Positions 60,401 through 64,000 of a stretch of DNA of 64,000 bases are shown piece by piece (the first letter of the stretch is position 1; every line of letters starts with the position of its first letter). Both the position numbers and the translations under genes were made by a program. This DNA is from Enoplolaimus lenunculus (lineage: Eukaryota). The DNA lies in NCBI GenBank assembly GCA_030248215.1, contig JASANG010000443.1:62001-126000 (forward strand), given 5' to 3'. Below the pieces are notes generated by a model. That model was not told the DNA's origin. It saw only the letters and a program-made list of their open reading frames with translations, and did no database searches.

Positions 60401-63040
60401 TCCGTTTTCCGGACATCACCTGCGTTTCTAATCTTTCTTTCCTACCATACCAAGAGAAACAATATTGGTTTAATTTTTTCCGGCTTTCTACTTTTCCCGT
60501 TTTCCAAACTGACTGAACTTAACTTAACCAAATTTTCTACCAATCCAAGCAAAACTCACCTTCGCGCGCCTGCCAGAAATAGCAAACCTATGAGTTTAAC
60601 ATTTCCATTTTTCCCATTTTATGAAATTTTCCAATACATTTATCATGTTCCCTACTAAACGAAACGAAAACGTATGCGCTTGAATTTTCAACTTTTCCCG
60701 TTTTCCGGGCCGAAAGGCACATCTCAAATTCTCAGCCAAACCAACAAAAACGCCAACAACAATAGAGTAACTGAAAGGTTATTTATTTGAATTTTCAACT
60801 TTTTATTCTTCCATACAAAACCTATGCTTTAATTTTCCCTAACAAACCATCCAGATTACCTAACTTTCAAACTAGAGTGCACTGTTAATTTCAGTGATTT
60901 GAGTTTAACTCAGAATGAGTTGATTTTAACTCAGAATGTCGAGTTGAATTCACTCAGATGTCTAACTTTGAGTTAAGTCTTTCAGAACTCAGAATTCTGA
61001 TTTGATTGCAATCATTCTGTCTGAGTTACGTAATCAGCTCACTCAGAAATAAATCAGCTCAGAGTGATTTAATGTTTGCTGTTAATAACTCAGAAATAAC
61101 CAGAAATAATAAATTCTCTCTGAGTTGATCAATCAACTCATTGGAATTTACAGTGTGACTGGCTACACAGCTGGCTGTATTTTTTCCTCATTGCAAAAAG
61201 GTATCCCCTGTCCTATACATCGACTCAAATTTTGCACCGCTTCATTGATTGGTTCAAAATTTGCAAGACCCTACTGTCAACTGATGATTGGCACTACATA
61301 CCTTTGAAACTATGGTCAAGCTTAAAATAAGATGTCTGATATAATAAAAAATATTCATGCAAGAAAGAGTTTAAAATTTCTGTCGTTTTACGATGTAAAT
61401 GTATTTAATTTCAGGAATGCCGCAATGACGAGGGAGGTTCTCGTACTGCAGGGATCAGACTCGCGTTCGATTCGTGTAACGTTCGTCGAACACGTTCGTT
61501 GAATCCGAAAGGTGTTTTCGTTTCGGTGACTGTGATAATTTCTTTTCATCCGCTATTTATTACAAAGGTAAGTTGCTTAATTAATTTGTCTTGTGTCAAT
61601 AGCTTGAGCGATAAAACAAGGTTATACTTAAGAATGTACTTTTAAAATTTAAGTACGCTTTAAAGTTTCGAACTCAAATTATTTGGTCCTGGAGTCATTT
61701 ATGCGCTACAATTAGGGTTAATTGACATTTATGTACTCTAATTAGGGTTTAAGGACTATATCCGGTTACGGACTCTTATTAGGGATACGGACTCCTATTG
61801 ATTCGGACTCAAAATGGGAACCCCCCTCTTATTACCCCCTCTTATTTGGGTCAATACAGTATATATCAGGGTACAACCGGAGGAGAAAAATACCGGAGCC
61901 AGAGGTAAGGCAATATTAGGTAGTAAAAATGATGGTTAATTAGTTAATTTTAGCCAGTAGCTACAATATGTTGTTAACTTGTTTGGTTGTACGCTACTTT
62001 TTGGCGAAATTTCGGAAATTCTTGAAAGTTGTTACAAAAGAAAAACAAATAGCGCTCTAAAAAGATAAGTTTTGCAAAATTATGCAAAATTTTGCTACTG
62101 AAATTGCCGGAACCTCCGGCAAAGATTTTACCGGAGCCGGAGCCGGTGGCAAACCTCCGGCTGTACCCTGGTATATATTAGGTTTGGGCTTGAAATTGAA
62201 GTTATTGAATTTTCACTCCCACTCCCCGAAAAATTCATGTTTGTTTCACTGCTTCTCAAAATTGTTCTTGTAAAAATATTTTGACTCGTTTTTTCTTAAA
62301 GGTATTCTATCGTCAACAGATATAGCTGGGTGTCTGAAATCTTACTTAAGTTTCTACTTAAGTTATTACTTTAATTCACCGACTTAAGTAAATACTTAAC
62401 TTTTTGAGCAAAAATAAACGCCAGATGTGAGCCACTATCATAAAACGAGAAAGCCATAGTTCCACTGGCTCATGTAACATCAGAAGCAGAAAGTTTTTCT
62501 GTAGGACTTCAATAGAGTTAGCTCAAATTGTAGCCTAATGTTTTGCTTTGCTTTGGCTTAGGCTTAGGCTTAGGAATATGCTTATAATGCTGTTCCGCCC
62601 CTGAAGGCTTAGGCTTAGAAACACATAAAGTATAAATTCACGTTCTGAAAGCAAAGTTTCTAAAGCGGAACCAATTCCTGTAGACAAAGAAACCGGTGGG
62701 AACATTTTCAAATTTAATTTCCCACTCGTATCAAATTTTTCAAATTTCAACGCTGATACAGTTGTATTTTTGACTATTTTAGAGTAGCGTTGTGAAAATT
62801 ATTACATTTTTGCATAAATATTTTCTATTTCATTTAAAATCTAAAGTTCAAGCTAACATTCTGAACATTTCAGGTAGATCGAGCTTACAATTTCCAATGC
62901 TTCTACATGGAGTCGGACAAAACTGTCAGCACTGAAATTGACGTTTCGATGCTAACAACACAATTTCGAACGCAATCTATTGCGATGCCAATTTGCCGAT
63001 ATGAAATTTTAGACGGCGGACCCAACGGACCTCCAATCGG
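57441..63040 (+). CDS. cut-1: Cuticlin (CUT-1-like, ZP-domain cuticle protein), first three coding exons; continues beyond window end
   Basis: Exons 57441-57701 (signal peptide then IPIDNGVENEPIIDCG..FETRNPFEGHVFVK), 61415-61567 (ECRNDEGG..CNVRRTRSLNPKGVFVSVTVIISFHPLFITK) and 62874-63040 (VDRAYNFQCFYMESDKTVST..MPICRYEILDGGPNGPPI). These are diagnostic nematode cuticlin sequences. Exact orthology within the cut family is uncertain. Confidence 0.93.
57912..58138. mobile_element. Family-A MITE, TSD TA
   Basis: ta|cactgtaaatt..ctttacagtg|ta. Confidence 0.8.
59619..59882. mobile_element. hAT-like MITE (family E variant)
   Basis: cagggtgcatccggaattc..aattccggttgtatatcctg. TSD poorly conserved. 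Confidence 0.6.
60880..61155. mobile_element. Family-A MITE, TSD TG
   Basis: tg|cactgttaatt..aatttacagtg|tg, with an internal duplication of the gagttgattttaactcagaatg motif. Confidence 0.8.
61867..62170. mobile_element. hAT-like MITE (family E)
   Basis: cagggtacaaccgg..ccggctgtaccctg with perfect 8-bp TSD gtatatat. Confidence 0.85.
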
Positions 63041-63585
63041 GTAAAATGAAGGATCGACTGGCGTTTCAGGCCAACAAAATATTTTTTGTGAAAAAATGAT
63101 TTAATTTCTTGACATTACATAATTTCAAATTTGCTTAAGAATCCAGTTTTACAACGACGAAATCTAAATAAAGGCATTTAACATTGGAGCAGGTTTTCGA
63201 CCGCTTATGCTTGAGTGAAAACCAATAACGGATAGGATTTCAGCAATTTTTACTCTTTGATACCATTCATATAACGTATATTAAGGGTCGATATTCTCAA
63301 ACATGTACACACAAAAAAGTATTTCTGAATTTATTCACAAAAGTGTTTTTGTGGCAAATCTGAAAAGTTTTGCTGATATTTAAGACAATTTTTCTTAAAA
63401 TAACTGGAAAACGTTTATTTTCAGACTTTATTTCAAAACGTTTTTTGAAAACATTTCTGTTATAACTGAAATACTTTTCAAGTGCACATTGCTAATCATA
63501 TTTCTCAAGTGTAAGAAATTTTTTCTTAAATATCAGAAGTATTATTTTGAGTGTAGCAAACTATAACCAGTTGGTAAGAAGTCTT

Positions 63586-63822
63586 GTCCAATGCGACGAA
63601 CAGGGCCGAAAACGTACTATAAGCATATTTGTAAGCCTAAGCCTAAGCGTAAGAATGAGCATATTCCTAAACCTAAGCCTAAGCGTAAGCGTAAGAATGA
63701 GCATATTCCTAAGCCTAAGCCTAAGCCTAAGCTTAAGCCGAGCAAAAAAACAGTCTAAAGCTTAAGCGTACTCTTTTATAGGATCACAGAAAAACGTTCC
63801 GCCCATGATCTTTACGCGGGCT
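63586..63822. mobile_element. Family-B MITE nested in a family-C element
   Basis: TSD gaagtctt/gaagtcgt. Family-C motifs (gtgtagcaaactataaccagttgg; gctaactgatgatagatgcta) lie on either side. Confidence 0.75.
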
Positions 63823-64000
63823 GAAGTCGTCGAAATTGAGAATCAGTGAATAAACCAAGATTTGTAAAATTTAGCACATTTTTCGCATTTGATGTGTCTT
63901 TACTTCTGTGCTAATTTTGAGAAGCACAATTGCAGAAGTTTGGCAGTTTTAAAAAATACCGCTAACTGATGATAGATGCTACAGAGGACAGAGGGGCGTG

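Noticed and set aside
1..64000. Autonomous transposase or reverse transcriptase gene
   Set aside because: No ORF or fragment with recognisable DDE, Rep/helicase or RT motifs was seen. All elements appear non-autonomous.

Overview
This is AT-rich eukaryotic DNA, almost certainly nematode: it has a cuticlin gene, TTAGGC telomere-type repeats and TTTCAG acceptors. It holds five protein-coding loci. (1) A multi-exon minus-strand coiled-coil gene runs off the left edge. (2) A divergently oriented 8-exon FMN-dependent 2-hydroxy-acid oxidase (HAO) gene has an exon-3 acceptor that reads CAT instead of CAG. (3) An intronless secreted LRR gene carries a coding 39-bp VNTR. (4) An intronless 4-TM gene carries polyN and polyQ tracts. 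(5) The first three coding exons of a cuticlin (cut-1-like ZP-domain) gene run off the right edge. Introns and intergenic DNA are saturated with non-autonomous DNA transposons, classified here by TIRs and target-site duplications (TSDs): a CAC..GTG family with variable 2-bp TSDs, a GGCC-ended family with 8-bp TSDs, hAT-like CAGGG elements, Harbinger-like elements, TA-TSD elements, Helitron-like elements and tRNA-derived SINE heads. The most striking signals are (a) more than 20 copies of a MITE that disperses telomeric (TTAGGC)n arrays and (b) three different tandem satellites (36, 41 and 30 bp), each expanded inside a different MITE family. A 6.2-kb hairpin-forming 38-bp satellite with higher-order structure is also present. 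No autonomous transposase, rRNA or CRISPR array was found. All splicing and family calls were made by eye and need RNA-seq or database confirmation.
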